Shown in pieces: positions 40,534-54,304 of a stretch of 64,000 nt of DNA (the stretch's first letter is position 1; every line of letters starts with the position of its first letter). Where the stretch lies: positions 17,360,001-17,424,000 of the forward strand of contig JAGIQG010000028.1 in the NCBI GenBank assembly GCA_024679065.1. Direction: 5' to 3'. Source of the DNA: Sphyrna mokarran. Lineage: Eukaryota. The notes under the pieces were generated by a model that worked only from the letters and a program-made list of their open reading frames with translations, was not told the DNA's origin and searched no databases. Both the position numbers and the translations under genes were made by a program.

Positions 40534-42918
40534 ATCTGAGACCATGAGGCATGAATCAGCCATGGTAGACTGGGAAACATTACTAAAGGAAAAACAGTGG
40601 ACAGGCAATGGTAGAACTCCAGAAGGTGTTTATTCCTGTTTGGCAGAAGAGTGATAAGGGAATTGTGCCACAACCATGGCTTACAAGAGAAATTAGAGAC
40701 AGTATCAGATTTGAGGAAGAACCATACGTATTGGCAAGAATTAGCATTAGGCCTGAGGATTGGGAATGGTTTAAAATTCAGCAAAGTACCAAGGAATTGA
40801 TTAAGGTAGGAAAAATAGAGTACAAAATTAAGCTAGTGGGGGACATAAAAACAGACTGTAAAAGTTTCCATAGATATATAAAAGGGAAAAGATTGACAAA
40901 AACAAATGTCATTGGTGGTTGTTTTCCAAAATTCGTTGGACGCTGAATTGGTCCCTACAGACTGGAAGATGGCTAATATAAGCCCGCTATTCAAAAAGGG
41001 AGGTAGAGAGAAAACAGGGAACTATAGACCAGTAGGCATAACAATGGTACTGAGAAAGTTGCTAAAATCCACTATCAAGGATTTCATTATTCAGCATTTG
41101 CAAGGCAGTAGTATAATTAGACAAAGTCAGCATGGATTTACAAAGGGAAAATCATGCTTATTGAATATATCAGAATTCTTTTGGGGTGTAACTAAAGAGA
41201 AGTTGACTGAAGAGAACCAGTAAATGTGGTTTATTTAGACTTTCAGAAGGCTTTTGACAAGGTTTCACGTAACAGACTATTATATAAAGTTGAAGCACAT
41301 GGAATTGTAGGTAATGTTTTGGGATAGATAGAAAGCTGGTTAGCAGACAGGAAGCAGAGTTAACATAAATGGGTCTTTCTCCAACTCGTAGTCAGTGAAT
41401 AGTAGGGTTTCGCAAGGGGTCTGTGCTAAGACCCAACTGTTCACATTATACATTAATGATTGGAAGAGGGAACTAAATGTATTATCTCCAAACTTGCTGA
41501 TAATACAAAGTTAGATGGGAGGGTGAGCTGTGAGGAGGATACAGAGATGCTTCAGCGTGATTTGGATAGGCTAAGTATGTGGACATATGCATAGCAGATG
41601 CAGTATAATGTGGGTAAATGTGAGGTTATTTACTTTGATAGCAATAATAGGAAGATGGATTATGACTTGAATGAGTCCTAAATTGAGAGGGGTGGATACT
41701 TAGCAAGGCCTTGGTGTCTTCTTGCATTAGTCGCTGAAAGTAAATGTGCAGGTATAGCAGACAGCAAAGATGATACTTTGATCTTCATAGTGAGAGATTT
41801 GAGTGTAGAGATGTTTTGCTGCAATTGTGTAAGGCATTGATGAGGCTACATCCGAAGTATTGTGTACAGTTTTGGAATCCTTTTCTGAGGAGGGATGTCC
41901 TTGCTGTAGAGACAGTACTGCAAAGATTTACCAAGCTGATTCTTGGGATGGCAGGCCTGTCATATGAGGAGAGACTAAATCAGTTAGGTCTGACAATGCC
42001 TATCGCGCACTCTGACAAGGACTCCCGCGCACTCTGACAAAGGCTTCCATGCACTCTGACAAGGACTCCCGCGCGCTCTGATAATGACTCATGCACACTT
42101 TGGCAAAGACACGCACTCTTACAAAGACATGTACTTTAACAAAGACTTCTGCGCATTCGGCAAATGACTGCTACGCACTCTGACAATGACTCCTTCCCTT
42201 CTTAGAATGACTCCCGTGCCTTCCCTTTTTCCGTGACTCCCGTGCAGCATGACAATGACTCTTGCGCACTCTGACAATGACTCCTGTGTATCGGACAATG
42301 AAATCTTCCCAATCTGACAATGACTCCCATGCATCTTGACAACGACTCCTGCGTACTCTGACAATGACTCACACGCGCTCTGACAATGACTTCTGCACGC
42401 TCTGACAATGATGCGGGCTCTGACAAAGATTCCCACGTATTTTGACAAAGACTCCCACATATTCTGACAAAGACTCCCATGCGCTCTGACAATGACAATA
42501 TATTCACATGAGTTAAGAAGAATGAGGGGGATTTCGCAGAAGCTTATAAAATTCTAACAGGGCTAGACAGGATAGATTCAGCAAGAGTGTTTCCAATGAT
42601 GGGAGAGTCCAGAATGAGGAGTCATGGTTTGAGGATAAGGGGTAAACCTTTTAGAACTGAGGTGAGGAGAAATTTCTTCACTGAGCAGTTGGTGAATGTG
42701 TGGAATTCACTACCACAGAATGTGGTTGAGGCCAAAACATTGTCTGGTTTCAAGATGAAATTAGATATAGTTCTTATGGTGAAAGGGATCAAAGTATACA
42801 GGGGAAAGGGAGGATCAGGATATTTAATTTGATGATCAGTCACAATCAAAATGAATGGTGGAACAAACTCAAAGGTCTGAATGGCCTACTCCTGCTTCTA
42901 CTTTCCATGTTTCTATGT
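40534..42918 (+). mobile_element. Old, 5'-truncated CR1-clade LINE inserted into Gypsy gag
   Basis: QPWLTREIRDSI, DWKMANISPLFKKGGREKTGNYRPV, QSQHGFTKGKSCL, YCVQFWNP, RRNFFT..VNVWNSLP; tail gaatggcctactcctgcttcta...tttctatgt; removing it rejoins gag in frame (KIANEL|LVPAVLSTVGSYTFNL). Confidence 0.93.
41989..42498. repeat. 510-bp AAT-slot satellite tract inserted within LINE ORF2
   Basis: gcactctgacaatgactcc units between gagagactaaatcagttagg and tatattcacatgagttaagaagaatgaggggg, which are contiguous ORF2 codons (ERLNQLG|LYS..RRMRGD). Confidence 0.92.
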
Positions 42919-43402
42919 AACTCATTTGCAATTTTATTTACTTTTACAAAGTACTGAAAAAGCTTGGCATTGGAGCTCCATGACTCATTTTCTTCATTGA
43001 AACTGTCGATGTATCCTAATTGACCCACCATTTCTCTCATAGACATGATCAATTTGAAACTGCTCACTATATTTTTATTTTATTGCGTTTCCTGTACTCC
43101 CTTTATTACTCTAGAGATCGTTGATTTGATACATTTTTTTTAATTTCAAACAACCCAATTGTACAGCAAAGCATTCATTATTTTCAAATATGCCAGATGC
43201 TGCCTGCAATCTCATCCTTCTCTGATCAGAAAAGATCTTCTTTCAAAACCTCAGAGAGCATCTTGTTGTCTTCCTGCACTGGTGCTTTGATCTTTAATCA
43301 TAGTGTTGCTTCTCTCCAGCCTTCTAATATTCAAAGTGTGAGGATGCACAGTGTTATTCTCTGTCTACTTAAGAGTTTTTCTTGATGTTCTCGAGGAAAC
43401 AA

Positions 43403-43420
43403 AATCCTGACTCTTCACCA
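43403..43420 (-). promoter_or_regulatory. Degenerate primer-binding site of the Gypsy element
   Basis: Minus strand TGGTGAAGAGTCAGGATT, 10 nt inside the 5' LTR; 8/10 match to the TGGCGACGAG-type PBS (tRNA-Ser-like). Confidence 0.55.
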
Positions 43421-43430
43421 ATTTTTGTTT

Positions 43431-43655
43431 TGTAATGTCCGAACTATGTTAGGGGTTCTATGTTTTAAATGTAGCAAAAGAAGGATTTTGCATAAGTAGA
43501 CTGAGACTAACAACAACAGGTTTACTTGAGAATGTCTTCCCTGTATAGAGTACAAACTGTTAGCGAAACTGCAGCATCTGCATAACCAAATTACGTCACA
43601 TCAAATCATGTGAGATCAACTCTTAAAGTAATCTGCAACCACTTAAAGAAATAAC
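43431..43655 (-). repeat. 5' LTR of the Gypsy element
   Basis: TGTAATGTC...ATAAC; homologous to 36429-36652 (roughly 70% by eye); lies upstream of PBS and gag on the minus strand. Confidence 0.85.
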
Positions 43656-46600
43656 TCCCTCCAGCACGCAGACATTCTGACTGACTGCTACACCTTCTAA
43701 ACTCTCTTGACTCCTGCACACCCTCAATGCTTGATTCCTGCACACGTTGAAGTCTCGATCCTTGCAAAATCTGACCCCTCAACACACTCTGACAATGACT
43801 CTTGCGCACTCTGACAATGACTCACAGGCACTCTGACAATGACTGCCGTGCAATCTGACAATGACGTCCACGTATTCTGACAATAGTGCAGGCTCTGAGA
43901 GACTCCTGCGTATTCTGACGAAGACTCCCATGAACTCGGACAATGACTCCCATGTATTCTGACAAGGACTCCTGCACACTCTGACAATGCCTCCCGTGCA
44001 CTTTGACAAGGACTCCCGCACACTCTGACAAGGACTTCTGCACACTGTGACAATGCCTCCCGTGCAGTTTGACAAGGATTCCCGCACACTCTGACAAAGA
44101 CATGCATTCTAACAAAGACTCCTGTGCATTCGGACAATGACTGCCACACACTCTGACAATGACTCCTTCCCATTTTAGAATGACTCCCTTGCCTTCTCTT
44201 CTTACGATAATTCCCATGCAGCATGACAATGATTCTTGCGCGCTCTGACAATGAGTCCTGTATACTCTGACAACAACTCCCGTATATCGGACAATGAAAC
44301 CTTCCCAATCTGACAACGATTCCTACACACTCTGACAATGACTCACGTGCACTCTGGCAATGACTGCCACAAACTCTGACAATGATGCGGGCTCTGACAA
44401 AGACTTTCACGCACTCTGACAATGACTCCCATGTACTCTGACAATGATTCCTGCGCATTCTGACAATGACTCATGAGCACTCTGACAATGAATCCCGCAC
44501 ATTCTGACAATGACTCCTGTATACTCTGACAATAACTCCCATGCACTTAGACAATGACTCCTGTGCATTTGGATAATGACTCCTGCACACTTTGACAATG
44601 ACTCTCGCGCACTCGGACAATGACTTCCGTGCACTGTGACCATGCTCCAACACACTGTGACCGTGACTCCCGTCCACTCTGACAATGACTCGTGCACACT
44701 CTGACAATGACTCGTGTGTACTCAGACAATGACTCCCACGCACTGTGGCAATGACTCCCACGCACTTTGATAATGACTCCCGTACTGTCAATGACTCATG
44801 CGCACTATGACAATGACTCCCATGCACTATGACAATGACACCCGCGCACTCTGACAATGACTCATGTAAACTCTGACAATGACTTCTACAAACTCTGACA
44901 ATGATGCAGGCTCTGACAAAGACTCCTACATATTCTGACAAAGACTCACACATTTGGACAATGACTTTGTGTACTCTGATATGGCTCCTGTGAACTCTGA
45001 CAATGACTTGTGCGCAGTCTGACAATGCATCCTGTGCACTCTGATAATGACTCCTGCGCACTCAGACAATGAGTCCCAAGCACTTGGAGAATGACTTGCG
45101 CACACTCTGACAATGACTTCTGCGCATTCTGACAATGACGTGGGCTCTGACAAAGACTCCCATGCCCTCTGACAAAGACTCCCACGCACTCTGACAATGA
45201 CTCCTTCCCTTCTTACAATGACTCCCATGCACTCCAACAATGTGTCTCGCGCACTCTGATAATGATTCCCACGCACTCTGACAATGGTCCCTGTGCACTC
45301 TGGCAATGACTCCCGCACACTCTGACAATGACATCTGTGTACTCTGACAATGACGTCCATGCATTCTGACAATGATGCGGGCTCTGACAAAGACTCCCAT
45401 GCACTCGAACAATGACTCCTGTGTACTTTGATAATAACTCCTGCGCATTCTGACAATGACTCCCGCGTACTCTGACAATAACTCTCGTGTACTTGGACAA
45501 TGACTCCTGTGCATTTGGATAATGATTCCTGCGCACTCTGACAATGACTCCCACGCACTCGAACAACGACTCACCCGCACTCGGACAACGACTCCCCCGC
45601 ACTCGGACGATGACTCCCGCGCAATCAGACGATGACACCCGCGCACTTTGACAATGAAACCCATGTTCACTGACAATGACTCCTGTGCACCCTGCAATGA
45701 CTCGTGCACACTCGGACAATGAGTCCCGCGCACTCGGACAATGACTCCCGTGCACTCGGACAATGACTCCCGCACACTCGGACAATGACTCCCATTCACT
45801 CAGACAATGACTCCCGCACACTCGGACAATGACTCCCACGCACTCAGACATTGACTTCTGCGCACTTGGCCAATGACTCCCAAGCACTCTGACAATGATT
45901 CCCGCGCACTCTGACAATGACTCATGTGCACTTGGACAATGACTCCCACGTACTTTGACAATGAATCCCATGCTCGCTGACAATGACTCCTGCACACCCT
46001 GCAATGACTCGCGCGCACTCTGACAATGACTCGCGAGCACTCTGACAATAACTTGTATACTCGGACAATGAATCTCCCACAGTCTGACAATTAATTCTGT
46101 GCACTCTGACAATGATTTCTGTGCACTCTGATCTTGACTCCCACACACTCCGACAATGATGCCCACACGCTCTGACAAAGACTCCCACGCCCTTGGATAA
46201 TGACTTCCATGCATTTGGACGACTCCTGCGTACTCTGACGACGACTTCCGCGTGCTTGGACAGCGACTCGTGCACTCTGACCATGACTTGCGCATTCTCT
46301 GACAATGAATCTGCGTATTCTGATAATGACTCCCACTTACTCTGACAATGCCACCTAAGCACTCGGACAACAACTCCCGCACATTCTGACCATGACTCCC
46401 AAACACTCGGACAATGACTCCCAAGCACTCGGACAATGACTCGCACACACTCTGATAATGATTTCTGCATACTCTGACAATTACACCTGCGCACTCTGAC
46501 AGTGACTCCTGCGCACTCGGATAATGACCCCTGTGCACTTTGACAATGACCCGTGCGCACTCTGACAATGAATCCTGCGCACTCTGTCAATGAATCTCGT

Positions 46601-49600
46601 GCACTGTGATAGTGATTCAGGCTCTGACAAAGACTCCACACACTCAGACAATGACTCCCATGTACTCTGACATGACTCCTGTCCACTCTGACAATGACTC
46701 CTGTGCACTCTGACAATGACTCCCATGCACTATGACAATTAATCACGTGCACTCTGACAATCAATCCCCCTCACTCTGACAATGATTCCTGTGCACTCTG
46801 ACCCTGACTCTCGCTCACTCTGACAATGATTCCCACACACACCGACAATAATGCCCACACACACTGACAATGATGCCCATACACTCTGACAAAGACTCCC
46901 CAGTATTCTGACAAAGACTCCCAAGCACTTGGACAACGACTTCCATGCGAACGACTCATGCGCACTCTGACAACGACTCCCGTGCACTCTACAACAACTC
47001 CCGCATACTTGAACAATGACTCTCCTGCACTCTGACAACGACTCCCGTGCAGTCTACAACAACTCCCGCATACTTGGACAATGACTCCCCTGCGCTCTGA
47101 CAACGACTCCCATGCGCTCTACAACAACTCCCACATACTTGGACAATGACTCCCCTGCACTCTGACAACGACTCCTGTGCACTCTACAACAACTCCCGCA
47201 TACTTGGACAATGACTCACACGCACTCTGACAACTACTCCCGCGCACTCTACAACAATTCCTGCATACTTGGACAATGACTTGCGCACTCTGACCATGAC
47301 TTCTGCGCACTCTGACAATGACTTCCGTGCAATCAGATAACGACTCCTGCACACTCTGACAATGACTTCTGTGAACTCTGACAATGATGTCTGCACACTC
47401 TGACAATGATGTGGGCTCTGACAAAGACTCCCGCATATTCTACAAAGATTCCCGTGTACTCTGACATGACTCCCGTCCACTCTGACAATGACTCCTGCGC
47501 ACTCTAACAATGACACGCGTGCACTCTGACAATGACTCACATGCACTCTGACAATGACTCTCGCGCATTCTGACAATGACTCTCGTGCAAACTGACAACA
47601 ACTACTGCGCACTCTGACAACTCCGGTGCACTAGGACAATGAAACCTTCCCAATCTGACAATAACTGCCGCGCACTCTGACAATGACTCCTGCGCACTCT
47701 GACAATGACTACCGTGCACTCTGACATGACTCCCGTGTACTCTGACAATGACTCCCGTGCACTCTAACGATGACTTCCGCGCACTCTGACAATAACTCCC
47801 GCGCACTCTGACAATAACTCCCGTGCACTCTGACAATGACTCCCGTGCACTCTAATGATGACTTCCACGCACTCTGACAATAACTCCCATGCACTCTAAC
47901 AATAACTCCCGCGCACTCTGACAATAGCTCCCGTGCACTCTGACATGACTCCTGTGCACTCTGACAATGACTCCCATGCACTCTAACGATGACTCCTGCG
48001 TACTCTGACAATAACTCCCATGCACCCTGACAATGATAGCCATGCACTCTGACAATGACTCCCGCGCACTCTGACATGACTCCCGTGCACTCTGACAATA
48101 ACTCCTGTGCATTCTAACAATGACTCCTGCGCACTCTGACAATAACTCCTGCGTACTCTGACAATGACTCCCGCGCACTCTGACGATAACTTCTGTGCAC
48201 TCTAACAATGACTCCCGCGCACTTTGACAATAACTCCCGTGCACTCTGACAATGACTCCCGCGCACTCTGATAATAACTCCTGCGCATTCTGACAATAAC
48301 TCCTGCATACTCTGACAATGACTCCCGTGCACTCTGGCAATGACTCGAGCGTGCTCTGATAATGCCTCCAGTGCACTTTGACAATGAATCCAGCGCAGTC
48401 TGACAATGACTCCTTCCCTTCTTACAATGAGTCCTGTGCATTCTGACAATGACGCCCACATACTCTGACAACGACTCCTTCCCTTCTTACAGTGACTCCC
48501 AGGCACTCTGACAATGACTACCAGACACTCTAACAATAACTCCTCTGCACACTGACAATGACTCGCATGCACTATGACAATGCCTCATTGCACTCTGACA
48601 ATGGCTCCCGAGTACTTAGACAATGAATCCCACGCGCTCTGACAATGTATCCCGTGCACTCTGACAATGACATCTTCACATCTGACAATGATTTGGATTC
48701 TGACAAAGACTCCCACGCACTCAGACAATGACCCCTGCATACCCTGACAGTGATTCTGGTGCTCTCTGACAATGACACCCGTGTGCTCTGACATGACTCC
48801 TGCACACTCCAATAATGGCTCCTGAGCACTCGGACATCGACTCCTGCGCACAATGACAATGACTCCGCACACTCGGATAATGACTCCCGCGACTTGAACA
48901 ACGACTCCTGCACACTCTTACAATGACTCCCGCCCATTCTGACAATGACTCCCGCACTCAGACAATGAATTCCACGCACTCTGACAATGATTCGGGCTCT
49001 GACAAAGACTCCCACTCACTCGGGCAATGACTCTTCTGCACTCTGACAATGACTCCTATGCTCTTGACAATGCCTCCTATGCTCTTGACAATGATTTCCA
49101 TGCATACTGACAATGACTCCTACACACTCTGACAACGACTCCCGTGCACTCGGATAACGACTTCTGCGCAGTCTGACAACTCCCGCATGCTCTGACATAG
49201 ATTCCAGCATTCTGGGACGCAGACTTCTTCGCATTCTAACATAGACTCAAGCGGAGTCTGACACAGACTCCAGCGTACTTGGACACAGACTCCCGTGCAG
49301 TCTGACACAATCATCACTCCATGCACTCTGACAATGACTAGCGCACTCTGACAATGACTCCCGTGCACTCCAACAATGACTCCCACTCATTCTGACAATG
49401 ACTCCCATACACTCTGAACATGACTCCCAAACACTCTGACCATGACTCCCGTGCACTCTGGCCATGACTCGCAAGCACTCTGACCATACTCCCAAGAACT
49501 CGAACAATGACTCCCACGGTCTTGGACAATGACTCTGCAATCAGACAATGACTCCCGTGCACTCTGACAATGATATCCGCACACTCTGACAACGACTCTC

Positions 49601-52600
49601 ACGCACTCTGACAACGACTCCCGCACACTCTGATGACTCCTACGCACATTGACAATGACTCCTACACACTCAAACAATGACTCTAGTGCACTTTGACAAT
49701 GACTCCCGTGCACTCTAACAATGACTCCCGCCCATTCTGACAATGACTCCCACGTACTTTGCAAATGACTCCCACACACTCTGACAATGATTCCTGCGCA
49801 CTTGGACAATAACGTCTGCACACTCTGATGACTTCTGCGCACTCTGATGACTCCCACGCACTCTGGCAATGATTCCCATGTACTCGGACAATGAATCCCG
49901 CGCACTTTGACAATGAATCCCGTGCACTTTGACAATGACTCCTGCGCACTCTGGCAATGATTCACATGCACTCCAACAATGACTCACACGCACTCTGACA
50001 ATGACTTCCATGCACTCTGACAATGACTCCCATGCACTCAGACAATGACTCCTGTGCACTTGGACAATGACTCCTGCACACTCGGACAATGACTCCAGCG
50101 CACTCTGGCAATGACTCCTGTACACTCTGACAATGACTCACACATACTCAGACAATGAATCCCCCGCACTCTGACAATTAATACTGCGCACTTTGACAAT
50201 CAATTCCGTGCAGTCTGACAATGAGTCCCGTGTATTCTGACAACGACTCGCGCATATTCGGACAATGAATCCTGCGCATTCTGACAATTAATCCTGTGCA
50301 CTCTGACAATTAATACTGCGCACTTTGACAATCAATTCCGTGCAGTCTGACAATGAGTCCCGTGTATTCTGACAACGACTCGCGCATATTCGGACAATGA
50401 ATCCTGCGCATTCTGACAATTAATCCTGCGCACTCTGACAATCAATCCCATGCAGTCTGACAATGAGTCCCGTGCATTCTGACCCTGACTTCCACACACT
50501 CTGACAATGAATCCCACACAGTCTGACAAAGACTCCCAAGCACTCCGGCAACGACTCCCGCGCACTCTGACAACGACTCCTGCATTCTCAGGCAATGACT
50601 CATATGAACTCTGACCATGACTTGCCCACTCTCTGACAATGAATCCCACGTACTCTGATAATGCCTCCCGCACACTCTGACAATGACTCCCAAGCACTCA
50701 GATAATGACTCGCACACACTCTGACAATAACTTCTGCACATTCTGACAATGACACCTGTGCACTCTAACAATGATTCCTGCGCACTCGGATAATGACCCC
50801 CGCGTACTCTGACAGTGACTCCTGCGCACTCTGACAATGAATCCCGTGCACTCTGACAGTGATTCAGGCTCTGACAAAGACTCACACGCACTTAGACAAT
50901 GACTCCCACAGTCTCAGACAATGATTCCTGTGCACTTGTACAATGACTCCCATACACTCTGACAATGACTCCCACGCACTCGGACAATGACTCTTGCAAA
51001 CTCTGGAAATGACTTGTGCGCATTCTGACAATGACTCGCGCATATTCGGACAATGAATCCCATGCACTCTGACAATCAATCCTGCACACTCTGACAATTA
51101 ATCCTGCACACTCTGACAATGAATCCCGCACACTCTGACAATGGTTCCAGCGCACTCTGACAGTGATTCAGGCTCTGACAAAGACTCCCACACACTCTGA
51201 CAATGACTCCTACATACTCTGACAATGACTCCCGTGCACTCTGACAATGACTCTTGCACACTCTGACAACGACTCCTGCACACTCTGACAATGATTCCCG
51301 TGCATTTGGACAATGATGTCCACACACTCTGATGACTCCTATGCATTCTGACAACGACTCCCATGCACTCTGACAGTGACTCTCGTGCACTCTGACAACG
51401 ATTCCCGCGCACTCGGACAATGACTCCCGCACACTCTGACAACGACTCCCACGCATTCTGACGATGACTCCCGCGCACTTTGCAAATGACTCCCGCACAT
51501 TCTGACAATAATTCCCGTGCATTTGGACAATGAGATCCGCACACTCTAATGACTCCCACGCACTCTGACGATTCCCACGCACTCGGGCAATGACTCCAGC
51601 TCACTTGGACAATGACGTGCATGTATTCGGACAATGACTCCCATGCACTTTGACAACGAATCCCGTGCACTCTGAGAATGCCTCCTGTGGTCGCTGACAG
51701 TGACTCCTGCGCACTCTGGCAATAATTTGCGTACACTCGGACAATGACTCCCACGCACTCTGACAATGACTCCTGCGCACACTGACAATGACTGGCACAT
51801 ACTCGGACAATGAATCCCGCGCATTCTGACAATTAATTCTGCACACTCTGACAATTAATCCTGCGCACTCTGACAATTAATCCTGCGCGCTCTGAGAATT
51901 AAACCTGCGCACTCTGACAATCAATCCCGTGCACTCTGACAATGAGTCCCGTGCACTCTGACAATGACTCTTGCACACTCTGGCAATGACTCGCATGCAC
52001 TCTGGCAATGACTTGCGCGCAGTCTGACAATAACTCATGCGTACTCTGACAATGACTCACGCATACCCGGACAATGAATCCCATGCACTCTGACAATTAA
52101 TCCTGCGCACTCTGAGAATTAAACCCGCGCACTCTGGCAATCAATCCCGTGCACTCTGACAATGAGTCCCGTGCGCTCTGCCAATGACTCCCACGCACTC
52201 GGACAATGACTCTTGCATACTCTGGCAATGACTCACATGCACTCTGGCAATGACTCGCGCATACTCGGACAATGAATTTCATGCACTCTGACAATTAATC
52301 CCATGCGCTCCGACAATGACTTGCTCATACTCGGACAATGAATCCCGCACACTCTCACAATTAATCCTGCGCACTCTGACAATTAATCCTGCGCACTCTG
52401 ACAATAAATCCCGTGCACTCTGACAATGAGTCCTTTGCTCTCTGACCCTGACTCCTGCGCACTCTGACCCAGACTCCCACGAACTCCGACAATTACTCCC
52501 ACACACTCTGACAATGACTCTCACACACTCTGACAAAGACTCCCGCGCACTTGGACAATGACTTCTACACATTTGGACAATGACTCCCGTGCACTCTGAC

Positions 52601-54304
52601 AATGACTCCTGTGCACTCTGACGACTCCTGCATACTCGGGCAACAACTCATGTGCACTCTGATCATGACTTGCGCACTCTCTGACAATGAATCCCATGTA
52701 CTCTGATAATCACTCCTGCACACTCTGACCATGATTCTCAAGCACTTGGACAATGACTCCCAAGCATTTGGACAATGACTCGCACACACTCTGACTTCTG
52801 CACACTCTGACACTGACACTTGCGCATTCTGACAATGATTCCTGCACATTCTGATAATTACCCCGCGTACTCTGACAGTGACTCCCATGCACTCACACAA
52901 TGAATCCTGTGTACTCTGACAATGAATCCCGCACATTCTGACAATGAATCCCGCACACTCTTACAGTGATTTGGGCTCTGACAAAGATTCCCACACACTC
53001 GGACAATGCTCCTTTGTACTCTGACATGACTCCCGTCCAATGTGACAATGACTCCCGTGCACTCGGACAACAGCTCCCGCGCACTTTGACCATGACTCCT
53101 GCACATTTTGACCATGACACGCGTACACTCTGACAATGACTCGTGCGCATTCTGACGATGACCCGTGCGTACTCTGATAATGATTCCCGCGCACATGGAC
53201 AATGACTCCAACACACTCGGACAATGACTTCCATGTACTCCGACAATGAATCCCACGTACTCTGACAATGCCTCCCGCGCATTCTGATAATGACTCCGCG
53301 CACTCTGACAATGACTCCCGTGCACTCTGACAATGACCCCCGCGCACTACAACAATGAATCCTGTGCTCGCTAACAGTGACTCCTGCGCACTCTGGCAAT
53401 GACTTGTGCGCATTCTGACAATGACTCACATGCACTCTGACAATGACTCGCGTGAACTCTGACAATGACTTACGCGTACTTGTATAATGACTCCTGCGCG
53501 CCCTGACAATGACTCCTGCGTGCCCTGACAATGATTCCTGTGCACTGTGACAATGACTCTTGCGCACGCTGACAATGACCGCCGTGCACTCTGACAATGA
53601 CTGCCGCGTACTCTGACAATGACTCCTGCGTACTCTGACAATGACTTCTGTGCACTCTGACAATAACTCTGCACCCTCTGACAATGACTCCCGCGCACTC
53701 TGACAATGACTCCCGCGCACTCTGACAATGACTCCCGCGCACTCTGACAATAACTCCTGTGCACTCTGGCAATGACTTCCGTGCACTCTGACAATAACTC
53801 TTGCGCACTCTGACAATGAATCCCGTGCACTCTGACAATGACTCCTTCCCTACTTACAATGTGCCCTGCACACTCTGATAATGACTCCTGTGTACTTAGA
53901 CAGTGAATCCCACGCACTCGGACAATGACTCCTGCATACCCTGACAATGATTCCAAAGCTCTCTGACAATGACATCTGCGCGCTGTGACATGACTCCCGC
54001 ACACTCGGACATCGACTCCTGTGCACTCCGACAATGACTCCCAGCAATCTGACAATGACTCACATGCACTCTGACAATGACTCCTGCCCACTCAGACAAT
54101 GATTCCATATACTCTGACAAAGACTCCTGCACTCTCTGACAATGACAGCCTGCACACTTCCATATTGACTCTCACACATCCTATAATGACTCCCGTGCAG
54201 TCCACAATGAGTCATACCCACTCCTACAATGACTCACACCCCACTCCCACAATGACTCTCACGTGCTCCTACAATACCTGCACACACTCCCACAATACTT
54301 ATCA
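43656..54304. repeat. 22-bp satellite, AAT-slot variant (gcactctgacaatgactcccgc)
   Basis: Continuous 22-mers; degenerate edges at 43656-43780 and 54140-54304. Confidence 0.97.

Larger units (their letters stand above)
36762..43031 (-). pseudogene. Gypsy gag-pol pseudogene, interrupted by the LINE at 40534-42918
   Basis: Gag start MVGQLGYIDSFNEENESW; zinc-knuckle remnants (CRNYSKVGHIAKAC, about 40000-40100); RT YRRLPFGITSA..FQR..YMDN (38675-39115); RNase H LLACNTSLYGVGAV (38369-38554); integrase SDNGSQFTSQEF..PYHPSSNGLAERF (37221-37667); many stops and frameshifts. Confidence 0.9.
36429..43655 (-). mobile_element. Decayed full-length Ty3/Gypsy LTR retrotransposon (Mag-like) with a nested LINE
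   Basis: Two homologous LTRs of about 224 bp; gag-PR-RT-RNaseH-IN order on the minus strand; PBS; candidate target duplication TCCC at 36425-36428 and 43656-43659. Confidence 0.92.

Noticed and set aside
43800-54100. CRISPR-like array (constant scaffold plus variable part)
   Set aside because: Variable parts are only 3-6 nt and explained by point mutation; no unique spacers, no cas genes, and the context is vertebrate retroelements
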